From contig CBDCPP010000002.1 of the NCBI GenBank assembly GCA_965220315.1, positions 690,146 through 754,145 on the forward strand: 64,000 bases of DNA. Reading direction: 5' to 3'. Numbering within the stretch: position 1 is the first letter of the stretch; each line of letters opens with the position of its first letter. The translations under genes were made by a program, and so were the position numbers. This DNA comes from Dehalococcoidia bacterium. GTDB lineage: Bacteria; Chloroflexota; Dehalococcoidia; Bin125. This document shows positions 19,074 to 28,736 of this stretch, one piece after another. The notes beneath the pieces were generated by a model that was given only the letters and a program-made list of their open reading frames with translations, ran no database searches and was not told the DNA's origin.

Positions 19074-20253
19074 TGCTCCCGGTTCCGCTCACCGCCGGCG
19101 CTGGCGACGCTTGATCGCTGGGCGGAAGCGTTTCCTTCTCTGGTCGCTCCCGTCTCAGGCGGTAGTTCGCGAGTCCCTCGCCGATCGCTGCCATCAGCAG
19201 GATGAACCCCGTCAACCCGAACGACCCGAGTTCGGATCCGACTTCGAGCAGGCGCAGCGCGCTACCGGCCGAGATGATCGCGCCGATGATCCCGGCCATG
19301 AAGACGACCACCGGGAACGATCCCCCTGCCAAGACCGCGACCGCGATCCCGAGGTAGCCGGTGTTGTTGGAGAGTGAGGTTGCGTAGGCATTGGTACTGC
19401 TACCCGTCATGTGCGCCACGCCGGCCACGCCGGCCACACTTCCCGAGAGCAGCAGCACGGCCACCGACAGCAAACGCACGTTGATGCCGGCGTAGGAACC
19501 GGCCTTCTCGCTTCCACCCACCGTGCGGACCATGTAGCCGAATGTGGTGCTGCGGAACACCATCCACAGGACCAAGGCCACGCCGATGCCCAAGAGGAGT
19601 CCCGAGCTGAATTCGACCCCGGCGACTTCCACTCCTGGGAGGCGGGCCTGCTCGGGGATATCGCGGGTCGCGAGTACGGAGCCCTGTGAACGGGGATTAC
19701 GCCAGGGTCCCGTTGCGACGTACGCGAGGAAAAAGATGGCGACGAAGTTGAGCATTAAGGTCGTGAGGATCTCGTTGACGTTGAGGTACGCGCGCGCGAT
19801 CGCGGGCACGGCGATCCAGGCCGCGCCGCACAGTGCCGCGCCCGCGAACATCAACGCCAAGAGGGACGCGCCGGACATGCTTTCGAGTTGGAAGGAGATC
19901 GCCGCGCCGGCAAAGGCGCCCATGAAGAACTGCCCTTCGACCCCCACGTTCCAGCGTCGCAGCTTCAGGGCGACGGCTGCCGCCAGCCCAGTCAGCACGA
20001 GGGGCGTGGCGAGATCCAAGATGTTGCCCCAGCCGCGCTTGCTGCCGAACGTTCCACGGTAGATTCGGTCGAAGGCGTTCTCGTCGCCGATCGCCAGTTG
20101 GACGGCGATCAGCGCGATGGCGATGCCGACCACGATCGCCGCCAGACGGTACGCCGTCTGATTCCGAGGTTCCGTACGTTGCTCAAGCCGCCAGCCCAGG
20201 TTCCTCATCGCCCATCGCCCCAGACGGCTGCCTTCTATCTCGATCACACCCAA
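19060..20253 (-). CDS. ABC transporter permease (YufP-like)
   Basis: 397 aa and multi-TM. Start uncertain: TTG 20253, GTG 20247 or ATG 20208. Confidence 0.75.
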   Translation of the reverse strand: MGVIEIEGSRLGRWAMRNLGWRLEQRTEPRNQTAYRLAAIVVGIAIALIAVQLAIGDENAFDRIYRGTFGSKRGWGNILDLATPLVLTGLAAAVALKLRRWNVGVEGQFFMGAFAGAAISFQLESMSGASLLALMFAGAALCGAAWIAVPAIARAYLNVNEILTTLMLNFVAIFFLAYVATGPWRNPRSQGSVLATRDIPEQARLPGVEVAGVEFSSGLLLGIGVALVLWMVFRSTTFGYMVRTVGGSEKAGSYAGINVRLLSVAVLLLSGSVAGVAGVAHMTGSSTNAYATSLSNNTGYLGIAVAVLAGGSFPVVVFMAGIIGAIISAGSALRLLEVGSELGSFGLTGFILLMAAIGEGLANYRLRRERPEKETLPPSDQASPAPAVSGTGSNDGT

Positions 20254-20256
20254 CTC

Positions 20257-21801
20257 CTAGGATGCAGCGGCGAGGGCGCCGCCCATTAACAGTCCGATCT
20301 CCTCTAGGTCGAACTGCTCGGGGTCCGTGAACTCGCCGACGATCGAGCCGCGATAGAGCACCAGGATCCGATCGGAGAGACGCATCACCTCGTTCAGGTC
20401 CTCGGAGATCAGCAGGATCGCGACCCCTGTCGTGCGCGCGCGGAGCAGCGCCTCCTGTACCTCCTCGATCGCACCGACATCTAAGCCGCGGGTTGGATGG
20501 ACCACCACAAGGACGCGCGCGCTGGCGTTGAGTTCCCGTCCGGTGAGTAGGCGCTGTGCGTTCCCACCGGAGAGGCTGCGCACCGGCGCGCTGACGTCGC
20601 GAATCGAGAGGCCGACGGTTTTGGCCAGCATGCGCGCGAAGCGCCGCGCCGCGCCTTGCATAAGAAGTGGACCGCGCCGCACAGGAGGGTGCTGAAACGC
20701 GCGCAGGATCGCGTTGTGTTCGATCGACTCACTCAGCACCAGCCCGGACGCGTATCGATCCTCGGGAATATGCCCCACGCCTGCCTCAAGGAAATCGCGC
20801 GCGCGCGCGCGCGATAGATCCCGGCCGCCGACGTGGATGCGACCAGTGGTGAGCGCGCGCAGACCGGAGAGCGTTTCGGACAGTTCGCGTTGGCCGTTGC
20901 CGGCGACGCCGGCGACGCCGACGATCTCGCCCGCGCGCACCGTGACGTCCACGTCTCGCAAGGCAGGGAGACCGCGGTCGTCGGTGGTGGAGATGGCTTC
21001 CGCGACGAGCGCGGGTTCTCCCAGTTCGACCGGCGCGCGTTGGCGCGTGAACTCTACACTGCGCCCCACCATCTCCTGGCTGAGCGTGCGCGGGGTGCAG
21101 TGCTCCGCGGCGTGTGTGCCCATGTGGCGTCCACCCCGCAACACCGTCACGCGGTCGGAGATCTCGAGAGCCTCTTCCAGCTTGTGCGAGATGAACACGA
21201 TCGTCCGTCCGGTCTCGCTGGAGAGTTCTCGGATCATGCGAAAGAGTTGATCTGTCTCGCTGGGGGCGAGAACTGCGGTTGGCTCATCCAGAATCAAGAC
21301 GCGGGCGCCCCGCGCAAGGGTGCGCAAGATGGCGACGCGCTGTTGCTCGCCCACAGAGAGCTGCCAGATGCGTGCTGCCGGATCGACATCCAGATGGAAG
21401 CGTTCGCTGAGCTCTCGTGTGCGCTCTTCGATGCGCGCGGGCGTGAGCACTGCGGGGCTCGCATCCCAGCCCAAGTGGATGTTCTCCGCGACCGTGAAGC
21501 CGTGCACCAGCCGGTAATGCTGGTGCACCATGCCGATCCCGCGCCGCAATGCATCTCGGGGCGCTCGAATTCGTATGGGCTCGCCGTTGAGGAGAATGTG
21601 GCCGCGATCTGGGCGTAGCAGCCCGCTGAGCACGTTCATCAGAGTCGTCTTGCCCGCGCCATTTTCTCCTAACAGCGCGTGCACCTCACCCGCTCGCAGA
21701 TCGAAATCGACATCGTTAACCGCTACGAGGTCGTCGAACCGCTTCACGATCTCGCGCATCTGCACAGCGAGGGGAATGTTGCCGCTGTCTGCGCTGGTCA
21801 C
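20257..21801 (-). CDS. Duplicated-domain ABC transporter ATP-binding protein (sugar/nucleoside type)
   Basis: Two nucleotide-binding domains in 514 aa: GENGAGKTT ... LSVGEQQR and GVAGNGQRE ... LSGGNAQR. Confidence 0.9.
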   Translation of the reverse strand: MTSADSGNIPLAVQMREIVKRFDDLVAVNDVDFDLRAGEVHALLGENGAGKTTLMNVLSGLLRPDRGHILLNGEPIRIRAPRDALRRGIGMVHQHYRLVHGFTVAENIHLGWDASPAVLTPARIEERTRELSERFHLDVDPAARIWQLSVGEQQRVAILRTLARGARVLILDEPTAVLAPSETDQLFRMIRELSSETGRTIVFISHKLEEALEISDRVTVLRGGRHMGTHAAEHCTPRTLSQEMVGRSVEFTRQRAPVELGEPALVAEAISTTDDRGLPALRDVDVTVRAGEIVGVAGVAGNGQRELSETLSGLRALTTGRIHVGGRDLSRARARDFLEAGVGHIPEDRYASGLVLSESIEHNAILRAFQHPPVRRGPLLMQGAARRFARMLAKTVGLSIRDVSAPVRSLSGGNAQRLLTGRELNASARVLVVVHPTRGLDVGAIEEVQEALLRARTTGVAILLISEDLNEVMRLSDRILVLYRGSIVGEFTDPEQFDLEEIGLLMGGALAAAS

Positions 21802-21884
21802 GGGCTGCTCATCGTAATGTTCGAGGGGCCAGCCCCCACCCGGTGAGGACTGGCCCTTCGGAATTCAACTCCTAGCGGATGGCT

Positions 21885-23174
21885 CTATTCGACCCCCTGT
21901 ACATACCAGTCCCACAGGAGGTAAAGGAAATCGTCCGAGAGCGCCTCGCCGGCAGCGACACGCTCTTCGCCGGACTGATCGTAGAAGGGCCCAACGAAGG
22001 GGTTGAAGGCGCCGGAGATGATGTCCGCGCGCACCTGCATCACCTGCTCGGCCACCTCAGCGGGGACGTTCTGACCGAAGGAGTCGATGTCTGCCCCCTC
22101 GCCGAGATCGAACAGCACCAACCGGTCGCCGCTCCAAGTGCCGTCTCGGATCGCTCGGAACTCCGTCTCGTAAAAGTCGTCCCAGATCATGAGAGCGGAC
22201 GTGACGTAGGCGTCCTCGCCGAAGCGGCGCAGATCCTTGAACATCGTGATTGCCCAGACGCCCCGCTCGTTGGCGGTGGTCAAGACGGAGCCATCGTCGA
22301 TGAAGCCGAACAGCACGTCGGCTCCGTCATTGATGAGCGCGTTCGAGGCATCGATCTCGGCGGGCGGATCAAACCACGAGTTAATCGTCACGGTCTTGAG
22401 CGTGCAGTCCTCCCGTACCGACTGACAGCCGAGGAGATAGGCGTTGGCGTTGGTGATGATCAAGGGGATATCGAACGTGACGACGTAGCCGATGGTACCC
22501 GCCTCCGTCACGTGGCCCGCCGCGACCCCCGCGAGGTAGGCGCTGTACCAGTGCTTGGGGTAGTAGCCGACGACGTTGTCGGCGAAGGGCGGGATCCCGT
22601 AGGTCTCTAGGCAGACCACGCCTTCAGCGCCGGCGCACGCATCGAGGAACAAAGCGCCGGCCGCGCCTGAGTCGATGATGATGTCGAAACCGTCGTCGAC
22701 GATCTGCTGGGTTGTCTGAGTGAACTCCTCGGTTGGGGGAATGAACTGGATGAGTGCGGTCTCGACATTACCCAGCCGCTCTGCGGCAGCCTGCACGCCT
22801 TCCTCATGCGAGAGGAAGTAACCCTCGTCGTCGATGGAGGCCTCAATGATCAGGTGGGCCACTCGCAGCGGTTCCTCGGCCATGGGTTCTTCGGCCATGG
22901 GTTCTTCGGCCATGGGTTCTTCGGCCATGGGTTCTTCGGCCATGGGTTCTTCGGCCATGGGTTCTTCAGCCATGGGTTCTTCAGCCATGGGTTCCTCGGC
23001 CGCTGGCTCCTCCGCCGCTGGAGCCGGTGCCTCCGTTACCGTGGCAGCGGGCTCATCATCACCGTCGTCGCCCCCGCAAGCGGCGGCTACTAGGCCTACC
23101 GCCAGCAACAGGGCAACACTGAGGAGGAAGACATGCCACCTCCCTCGGACTGATCGTCGAATCCAACGTTCCAT
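21885..23174 (-). CDS. BMP-family ABC transporter substrate-binding lipoprotein with a (MAEEP)n linker
   Basis: Trimmed to ATG 23174 after AGGAGG. Signal peptide plus lipobox (LLLAVGLVAAACGGDD). The family call rests on operon context and recalled similarity. Confidence 0.75.
   Translation of the reverse strand: MERWIRRSVRGRWHVFLLSVALLLAVGLVAAACGGDDGDDEPAATVTEAPAPAAEEPAAEEPMAEEPMAEEPMAEEPMAEEPMAEEPMAEEPMAEEPMAEEPLRVAHLIIEASIDDEGYFLSHEEGVQAAAERLGNVETALIQFIPPTEEFTQTTQQIVDDGFDIIIDSGAAGALFLDACAGAEGVVCLETYGIPPFADNVVGYYPKHWYSAYLAGVAAGHVTEAGTIGYVVTFDIPLIITNANAYLLGCQSVREDCTLKTVTINSWFDPPAEIDASNALINDGADVLFGFIDDGSVLTTANERGVWAITMFKDLRRFGEDAYVTSALMIWDDFYETEFRAIRDGTWSGDRLVLFDLGEGADIDSFGQNVPAEVAEQVMQVRADIISGAFNPFVGPFYDQSGEERVAAGEALSDDFLYLLWDWYVQGVE
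22868..23000. repeat. 15-bp tandem repeat, 8 full units (CATGGGTTCTTCGGC) plus a partial unit
   Basis: Units start at 22881 and recur every 15 bp to 23000. Five are identical, two have TCAGC and one has CCTCGGC. They encode PMAEE repeats on the minus strand. Confidence 0.95.
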
Positions 23175-23220
23175 GTCGCCTCCTAAATCAATACTGCAGA
23201 TGGTCTGCAGCGTTATGCCC

Positions 23221-25512
23221 TCAGAGAGGGCTCGCTCCCATTGCGAGACCGGCGATCCGCTCCTCGGAGAGCGGGAGTTCGGTGACCTCCGCGCTGAGCG
23301 CATCGGCTACGGCATTCGCCAAAACCGCCGGGATTCCCATCGTCCCACTTTCTCCCATCCCCTTAGCCGCGTTGCGCGTCACGCTGGACGGTGTTTCAAG
23401 GTGGCCAACCTCGATCAGCGGCACCTCCATCGCTGTCGGTACTAGATAGTCCATAAGGCTTGCTGTTAGCAACTGCCCGTCCGCGTCGTAAGCGAGCTGC
23501 TCCAGCATCCCGCAACCGATCCCCATCGCTGCTCCGCCGATCGCTTGCGCATCCACGGTTTCCCTGTCCAGGATACGGCCGCAGTCGCCCACCATGACCA
23601 GCCGCCGGATATCGAAGTGTCCCGTTTCAGTATCGACATCGACAGCCGCGACGATCGAAGTGTTGGAGAAAACGTTCTGGGGCAGCTTTTCGTATCGTGT
23701 CGCCTCCAGGCCCGCCTCCACGATCTCCTGGGGAAGGTCGAAATCGAGCGTTTGTAGGTACGCAGCTTGCACCACTTCGTCGAAGCTCACACCCGTCACA
23801 GGGTCCGCCCTGAGGCAAATTCGCGCGTCCGCGATCGTGAGTTCCCGTTCAATCCGTGCATCGGAGAGTTCGCCTTCGAACTTCAACATCAGCGCCGCAA
23901 TTTTGAGAAGCTTGCGGCGCAGATCTTGACTCGCCAGAGTCAGAGTGTTCCCCATGGTGACAGCCGTGCGGCTCGCGTAGGTTCCGGACCCAGGCGGGCA
24001 GAGATCGGTGTCGCCCTCTATGATCTGGACCCGCTCGCGCGGTACGCCGAGCTCTTCGGCGATCAGGCGACCGTAGACTTCTGCGTGTCCCTGTCCGCTT
24101 GACGCGGAACTCATGAATCCCTGGATCGTGCCGTCCGGAGCGATGCGTACGCGCGCCCCGTCATAGCCGGGATACAGCGTGACGCCCGTGACCTCGTTGA
24201 ACGCGACAACGCCCACGCCCAATCGTTTCCCGTCTGCTGCAGCGGTTTTCTGCTCCGCGCGCAGGCCGTCGTAGTCCGCTCGCTCCAGCGCCATGCGCAG
24301 CGTCTCTTGGTAGTTGCCGGTGTCAAACGCGTTACCGGTGGGCGTTGTACGGGGGAAGTCGTCGGTATTGAGTAAGTTGCGCCGCCTGATCTCCGCGGGA
24401 TCCAATCTCAGTTCGCCCGCAGCGACGTCCAGTAACCGCTCCACGGCGAACACCGCGAGCACCTGTCCAACCCCCCGGTAGCTCGCTGCTGGTGCCTTGT
24501 TGGTCGCGTAGCTCGTGGCGTCGACCTCGGCGATGTCGTGACGATACGCGCCGAAGAGGTTAATCACCGTTGTGAACGGGTCGAGTCCGGCTCCAAAGGG
24601 GAAAACGGAATGCGCGCCGGCGTCGCCTTCCGCACGCGCACGCACGGCCCGCAGATGGCCGTCTCCGTCGAAGGCGGCGCCCAGCGTCAGCGTGCCTTCG
24701 TGCGCGTGCACACTGGCGAGGAGATTTTCGCGTCGATCCTCTACCCACTTCAGCGCGCTGCCCGTTTCGCGCGCGAGCCATGGCAAGATCACTTCCTCAG
24801 GCAAGAGCTGTGCCTTGAGCCCGAAGGCGCCGCCGACATCCGGCCGGATCACGCGGATGTCGTCCTCCGGCACGCCGAGGACCTGGGAAAGACCGTTGCG
24901 CACGTGGTGGGGTACTTGTGTGGAGGTCCATAGCGTAAAGCGCTGTTCGCGCGCGTCGTAGCGCGCGAGCACGCCGCGGCATTCAAGCGGAACAGCCGTT
25001 TGGCGCGGGTACCGGAATGTCCGCTCGACGACCAGGTCTGCGGAGGCGAACACCTCTGTAGTAGCGCCTTCATTCAGCGCGAACTTAAAGAGCACGTTGT
25101 CGGAGAGATCGGGATGGATCGTCGTCTCGTTGCGAGCGGCCGTTTCGGGGCTGGTGACCGCAGGCAGTGGCTCGTACTCGACGCGTACGGCGTCCGCGAG
25201 GTCTTCGGCTTCGTACGGACTGTCGGCAACGATTGCCGCTACAGGATCGCCCACGAAGAGCGCTCGCTCGGGGTGTATCGGGTACCAGTCGTAGACGTTG
25301 AGCCCTGGCGCTTGCACGCGCAGTGGTTGGATGCTGCTGGCAAGGTCTCGGCCGGTTACCAGCGTCACGTCGCGCGCGCCTTCGGGAGGGAGGACCGACA
25401 GCACGCGTGCGTGGGCGTGCGGGCTGCGGACGAACGCAACCCAACGGCAGTCCGCGTCCGGTAGGTCGGCGACGAATTGCCCCTCGCCTCGGATGAGCTG
25501 TGCGCGTGTCAT
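23221..25512 (-). CDS. Xanthine dehydrogenase family molybdopterin-binding large subunit (CoxL-like, not form I CODH)
   Basis: Trimmed to ATG 25512 (MTRAQLIRGEGQFVAD), with an ATGA overlap with the small-subunit stop. The active-site region reads ASYRGVGQ. Confidence 0.9.
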   Translation of the reverse strand: MTRAQLIRGEGQFVADLPDADCRWVAFVRSPHAHARVLSVLPPEGARDVTLVTGRDLASSIQPLRVQAPGLNVYDWYPIHPERALFVGDPVAAIVADSPYEAEDLADAVRVEYEPLPAVTSPETAARNETTIHPDLSDNVLFKFALNEGATTEVFASADLVVERTFRYPRQTAVPLECRGVLARYDAREQRFTLWTSTQVPHHVRNGLSQVLGVPEDDIRVIRPDVGGAFGLKAQLLPEEVILPWLARETGSALKWVEDRRENLLASVHAHEGTLTLGAAFDGDGHLRAVRARAEGDAGAHSVFPFGAGLDPFTTVINLFGAYRHDIAEVDATSYATNKAPAASYRGVGQVLAVFAVERLLDVAAGELRLDPAEIRRRNLLNTDDFPRTTPTGNAFDTGNYQETLRMALERADYDGLRAEQKTAAADGKRLGVGVVAFNEVTGVTLYPGYDGARVRIAPDGTIQGFMSSASSGQGHAEVYGRLIAEELGVPRERVQIIEGDTDLCPPGSGTYASRTAVTMGNTLTLASQDLRRKLLKIAALMLKFEGELSDARIERELTIADARICLRADPVTGVSFDEVVQAAYLQTLDFDLPQEIVEAGLEATRYEKLPQNVFSNTSIVAAVDVDTETGHFDIRRLVMVGDCGRILDRETVDAQAIGGAAMGIGCGMLEQLAYDADGQLLTASLMDYLVPTAMEVPLIEVGHLETPSSVTRNAAKGMGESGTMGIPAVLANAVADALSAEVTELPLSEERIAGLAMGASPL

Positions 25513-25982
25513 CGGTCGACTCCTGCGATCTCCGCGATGGCATCCACCATTCCTTGATAGCCGGTGCAACGGCAGATCGTGCCGGAGAGCGCCTTCCGGA
25601 TCTCGTCCTTCTTTGGCATGGACGTGTTTTCCAGGAATTCAATGGCGCTCATGAGCACCCCAGGCGTGCAGAACCCGCACTGGAGAGCGTTCCGCTCCAG
25701 CATGGCTGTTTGCAGGGGATGGAGGGCATCCCCTTTCGCAAGCCCTTCGATCGTTGTGATGGATCGCTCCTTCGCTTGCACGGCGAACAAGAGGCAAGAG
25801 CGGATCGCCTCTCCGTCTACCAGAACGGTGCACGCCCCGCAGACGCCGTGCTCGCATCCGAGATGCGTGCCGGTCAGCTTCAATTCATTGCGGAGGAAGT
25901 CCGCCAAGGTGAGGCGTGGTTCGACATCCCGATCGACGGCAGTACCGTTCACATGCAGCGACAGCGAGACGCGCTCGCTCAT
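25509..25982 (-). CDS. (2Fe-2S)-binding small subunit (CoxS-like)
   Basis: CEHGVCGACTVLVDG and CGFCTPG cluster motifs. Trimmed to ATG 25982, with an ATGA overlap with the FAD-subunit stop. Confidence 0.9.
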   Translation of the reverse strand: MSERVSLSLHVNGTAVDRDVEPRLTLADFLRNELKLTGTHLGCEHGVCGACTVLVDGEAIRSCLLFAVQAKERSITTIEGLAKGDALHPLQTAMLERNALQCGFCTPGVLMSAIEFLENTSMPKKDEIRKALSGTICRCTGYQGMVDAIAEIAGVDR

Positions 25983-26857
25983 CCTGTTCCCCCGTTCGCA
26001 CGCGCGTACGCCTCGCTCAAAGCGCGCCGTGTCAAGACTCCTGCCAGATGTCTGCGATAGGCGGCCGAGGCGTGGACATCGGACTCGGGATCGAGTTCCG
26101 CGGCGACCGCAGCGGAGACAGCCGCGAGATCGGTTTCTGTGGCACGGGTTCCGACGAGCTGCGCCATCGCCTCCGAAACGACAGGCGTGCCGGCGACTCC
26201 GAAGAGCGCTGCAACTCCGTCCGTCACTTTCCCCTCCGCGTCGATGGCGAGGCGGCAGGCCACACCTACGAGGGCGAAGTCGCCGTAGCGTCGACTGAGC
26301 TCCTGCATTGCCCACCCATCGCCGCTGTTCCATCGCGGCAGCACGATCTCCGTCACGAGCTCATCGGGGCCGAGGTCGGTGGTGAAGTACGTTTGGAAAA
26401 AGTCCACGGCGGCGATCGTCCGCTCGCCCCCTGCGCCCTGCACGCGGACGCTCCCGCCGAGCGCACAGAGAACCGCCGGCAATTCGGCGGCGGGATCGGC
26501 GTGCGCGATGCTGCCGCCCACCGTCCCGCGGTTGCGAATCTGAAAGTGCCCGATATATGGGATCGCCTCGGCCAGGAGAGGATTACGGCGCCGGACTTCA
26601 GGATCGCGTTCCAGCGCCCGCTGCCGCGTCAGCGCGCCGATTCGCGTCCCGCCGCTGTTGGTTTCTCGTATGTAGTCCAGTTCGGAGACGCCGTTCAGGT
26701 CGATAAGCGCAGCGGGTTTCGCCAGACGGAAGTTCATCATCGGCACGAGGCTCTGACCGCCGGCGAGCAGTTTCGCTTCGTCGCCGTGCTCACCGAGCAA
26801 CGCGACGCACTCGTCGAGGCATGCCGGTGCGAAATAGCGGAATGGAGCCGGCTTCAC
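25979..26857 (-). CDS. FAD-binding medium subunit (CoxM-like)
   Basis: LLAGGQSLVPMMNFR motif, 292 aa. Confidence 0.9.
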   Translation of the reverse strand: MKPAPFRYFAPACLDECVALLGEHGDEAKLLAGGQSLVPMMNFRLAKPAALIDLNGVSELDYIRETNSGGTRIGALTRQRALERDPEVRRRNPLLAEAIPYIGHFQIRNRGTVGGSIAHADPAAELPAVLCALGGSVRVQGAGGERTIAAVDFFQTYFTTDLGPDELVTEIVLPRWNSGDGWAMQELSRRYGDFALVGVACRLAIDAEGKVTDGVAALFGVAGTPVVSEAMAQLVGTRATETDLAAVSAAVAAELDPESDVHASAAYRRHLAGVLTRRALSEAYARANGGTG

Positions 26858-27315
26858 GTGGTGATTCTCGCTGGGCGCAATTCCTCCTCCAGCGACTTGA
26901 AGAATTGCCCGATCAGCATGTTGGCGATGCCGCGTAGAACGCGCTGTCCCACACCCGCGACGCGCCCTCCCACCGTCACGGCCGCCTCGTATGAGACCTT
27001 CGTCCCTTGATCGACCGTCTTAAACTGAATGTCGCCCTCCCCGGTAAGGAAGCCGCTATCGCCGTCCCCTTTTAGCGTTACGTGGAAGCTTCCGGTACCG
27101 GCCTCTCGCTGCTTTTCACTCATCTGCACGCGGGCCGTGTAGCGACCCTTGATCGCTGCAACCCCCAGTTCGACGACCGCGATATATTCACCGTCGCCGA
27201 TCGCTTCCAAGCTCTTGCAGCCGGGAGCACTTCGAGCCAGCAGCTCTGGATCGTCCATGGCTTCCCAAAGGGAGTCGATCGCAACCTTGAGCACCTTCTG
27301 GCCATGCAAATCCAC
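26854..27315 (-). CDS. CoxG/SRPBCC family protein
   Basis: 153 aa with an N-terminal pattern typical of CoxG (KVAIDSLWEAMDDPELLARSAPGCKSLE). It overlaps the FAD-subunit gene. Confidence 0.75.
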   Translation of the reverse strand: MDLHGQKVLKVAIDSLWEAMDDPELLARSAPGCKSLEAIGDGEYIAVVELGVAAIKGRYTARVQMSEKQREAGTGSFHVTLKGDGDSGFLTGEGDIQFKTVDQGTKVSYEAAVTVGGRVAGVGQRVLRGIANMLIGQFFKSLEEELRPARITT

Positions 27316-27383
27316 GCGTGTACTCCGAGCAGAGGTGAATGGTCGCCAAGGCTTTGGTCGCTGTCAAACACTCATACATATCG

Positions 27384-28730
27384 CTACTCGCGAACGTAGA
27401 CGAGTGGGGTCTTGTAGTCCGAGCGGGGAATCACGCCACTGGAGACCAGGGAGACATCGACGCGGACCTGAAGCTCGTCACGGACCGCCCGCTCGATCTC
27501 CTCGGCAAGCGCGCTGCGCCGGTCGGTGGTGACGGAGTCGCCGACCTCGACATCAAGCGGGATCGGGTCGTCGAAGCGTACCTGCTGGGGGCGCTCTTTC
27601 CAGATCCGGATGTGCGACTCCACCTCTCCGGCGAAGCGACTCAGGACCAGATCGCGGATCGCTGTAGGGAAGACGTTCATCGCTTTGTAGATCAACATAT
27701 CGTCGGTCCGGCCGACACACTGGATCTTGGGAGAACTCCGTCCGCAAGCGCACCCCATGCCGCTCACGACGACGGCGTCGCCGGACCGGAACCGCAACAG
27801 CGGCGTCGCCTCGCGTTCGAAGGTGCTATAGACAGGCTCTCCTCTGCTTCCTTCGCTCCAGTCCACCTGCACACCACTCTCAGGATCGATCAGCTCTACG
27901 GCCACATATCGCTGTGCCGTGAAGTGCATCCCTCCCCCTGCTTCACACTCTGCCCACATGCCCGCCATCATGTCGCTCAGGCCCATCGCTTCACGGACAT
28001 GATCGATGCCCCACCCCCGACGGATCTTGTCGCGGATCTCCGGTTGCCCCATGCCTGGCTCCCCGCCGCCGATGAGCTTGCGCAGGCCTAGAGCGCTGGG
28101 CGGGACGCCAAGAACGTCTTCGCAGTGTTCGGTGAGGTAGACCTCGAAAGAAACAGTGGCGGTGAGGGCAGTGGCATGGAGTGCTTGGATGGTCCGCAGC
28201 GTCCGCTCCGTGGGGAGGCCGCCGGCCCAGACGAGCACTGCTCCCACACGGCGCAGCGCGTCCGCGTAGGGCAACCCTCCCGCCACCATGGGCAGCCGCG
28301 TGAGGTGCACAATGGTGTCTTCCGGCCGGATGCCTGCCGTGAAGAACATGTTGGCGACGCCGTCGCTCCACACCTCGACATCTCGCTGCGTCAGCCCGTA
28401 TACCACGGGGCGCCCCGATGTGCCGGACGACGAGACGACTTGCACGACTTCACGCAGGGGCACGGCTTGAATGGTGCCAAACGGCGTTTGGGCCGTGGTT
28501 GCGTCCTGTGCACGGCGTAGGTCAGCCTTAGTCGTGAAGGGCAGACCGTTGAGCCATTCAAACCGAGAAGGGGCCTCCGGGATCGGAGCGCCGCTCCAGT
28601 GGTCTCCGTAGAAGGCCGAGCGCGCGCGCAGCGTTCTGGCGAACGAAGCGAGGCGCGCGGATTGCCAGCTCTCAACTTCCCGCCAAGGCTTGCTTTCTAG
28701 CTCGGGGTGCCAGAGCTCTGACGTCACCAC
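27384..28730 (-). CDS. Phenylacetate-CoA ligase (PaaK)-like adenylate-forming enzyme
   Basis: 448 aa with AMP motif SSSGTSGRP. The size and layout fit the PaaK/F390-synthetase family. Substrate unknown. Confidence 0.75.
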   Translation of the reverse strand: MVTSELWHPELESKPWREVESWQSARLASFARTLRARSAFYGDHWSGAPIPEAPSRFEWLNGLPFTTKADLRRAQDATTAQTPFGTIQAVPLREVVQVVSSSGTSGRPVVYGLTQRDVEVWSDGVANMFFTAGIRPEDTIVHLTRLPMVAGGLPYADALRRVGAVLVWAGGLPTERTLRTIQALHATALTATVSFEVYLTEHCEDVLGVPPSALGLRKLIGGGEPGMGQPEIRDKIRRGWGIDHVREAMGLSDMMAGMWAECEAGGGMHFTAQRYVAVELIDPESGVQVDWSEGSRGEPVYSTFEREATPLLRFRSGDAVVVSGMGCACGRSSPKIQCVGRTDDMLIYKAMNVFPTAIRDLVLSRFAGEVESHIRIWKERPQQVRFDDPIPLDVEVGDSVTTDRRSALAEEIERAVRDELQVRVDVSLVSSGVIPRSDYKTPLVYVRE

Positions 28731-28736
28731 TTACTC

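Noticed and set aside
22868-23000. The tandem 15-bp repeats considered as a CRISPR-like or regulatory array.
   Set aside because: The units are contiguous with no spacers, they lie in frame inside a lipoprotein gene, and they encode a PMAEE peptide repeat. This is a coding minisatellite, not a CRISPR array.
23221-27315. Annotating the CoxGMSL-like locus as aerobic carbon monoxide dehydrogenase.
   Set aside because: The large-subunit active-site loop reads ASYRGVGQ rather than the form I VAYRCSFR signature. Only a generic xanthine-dehydrogenase-family call is supportable.
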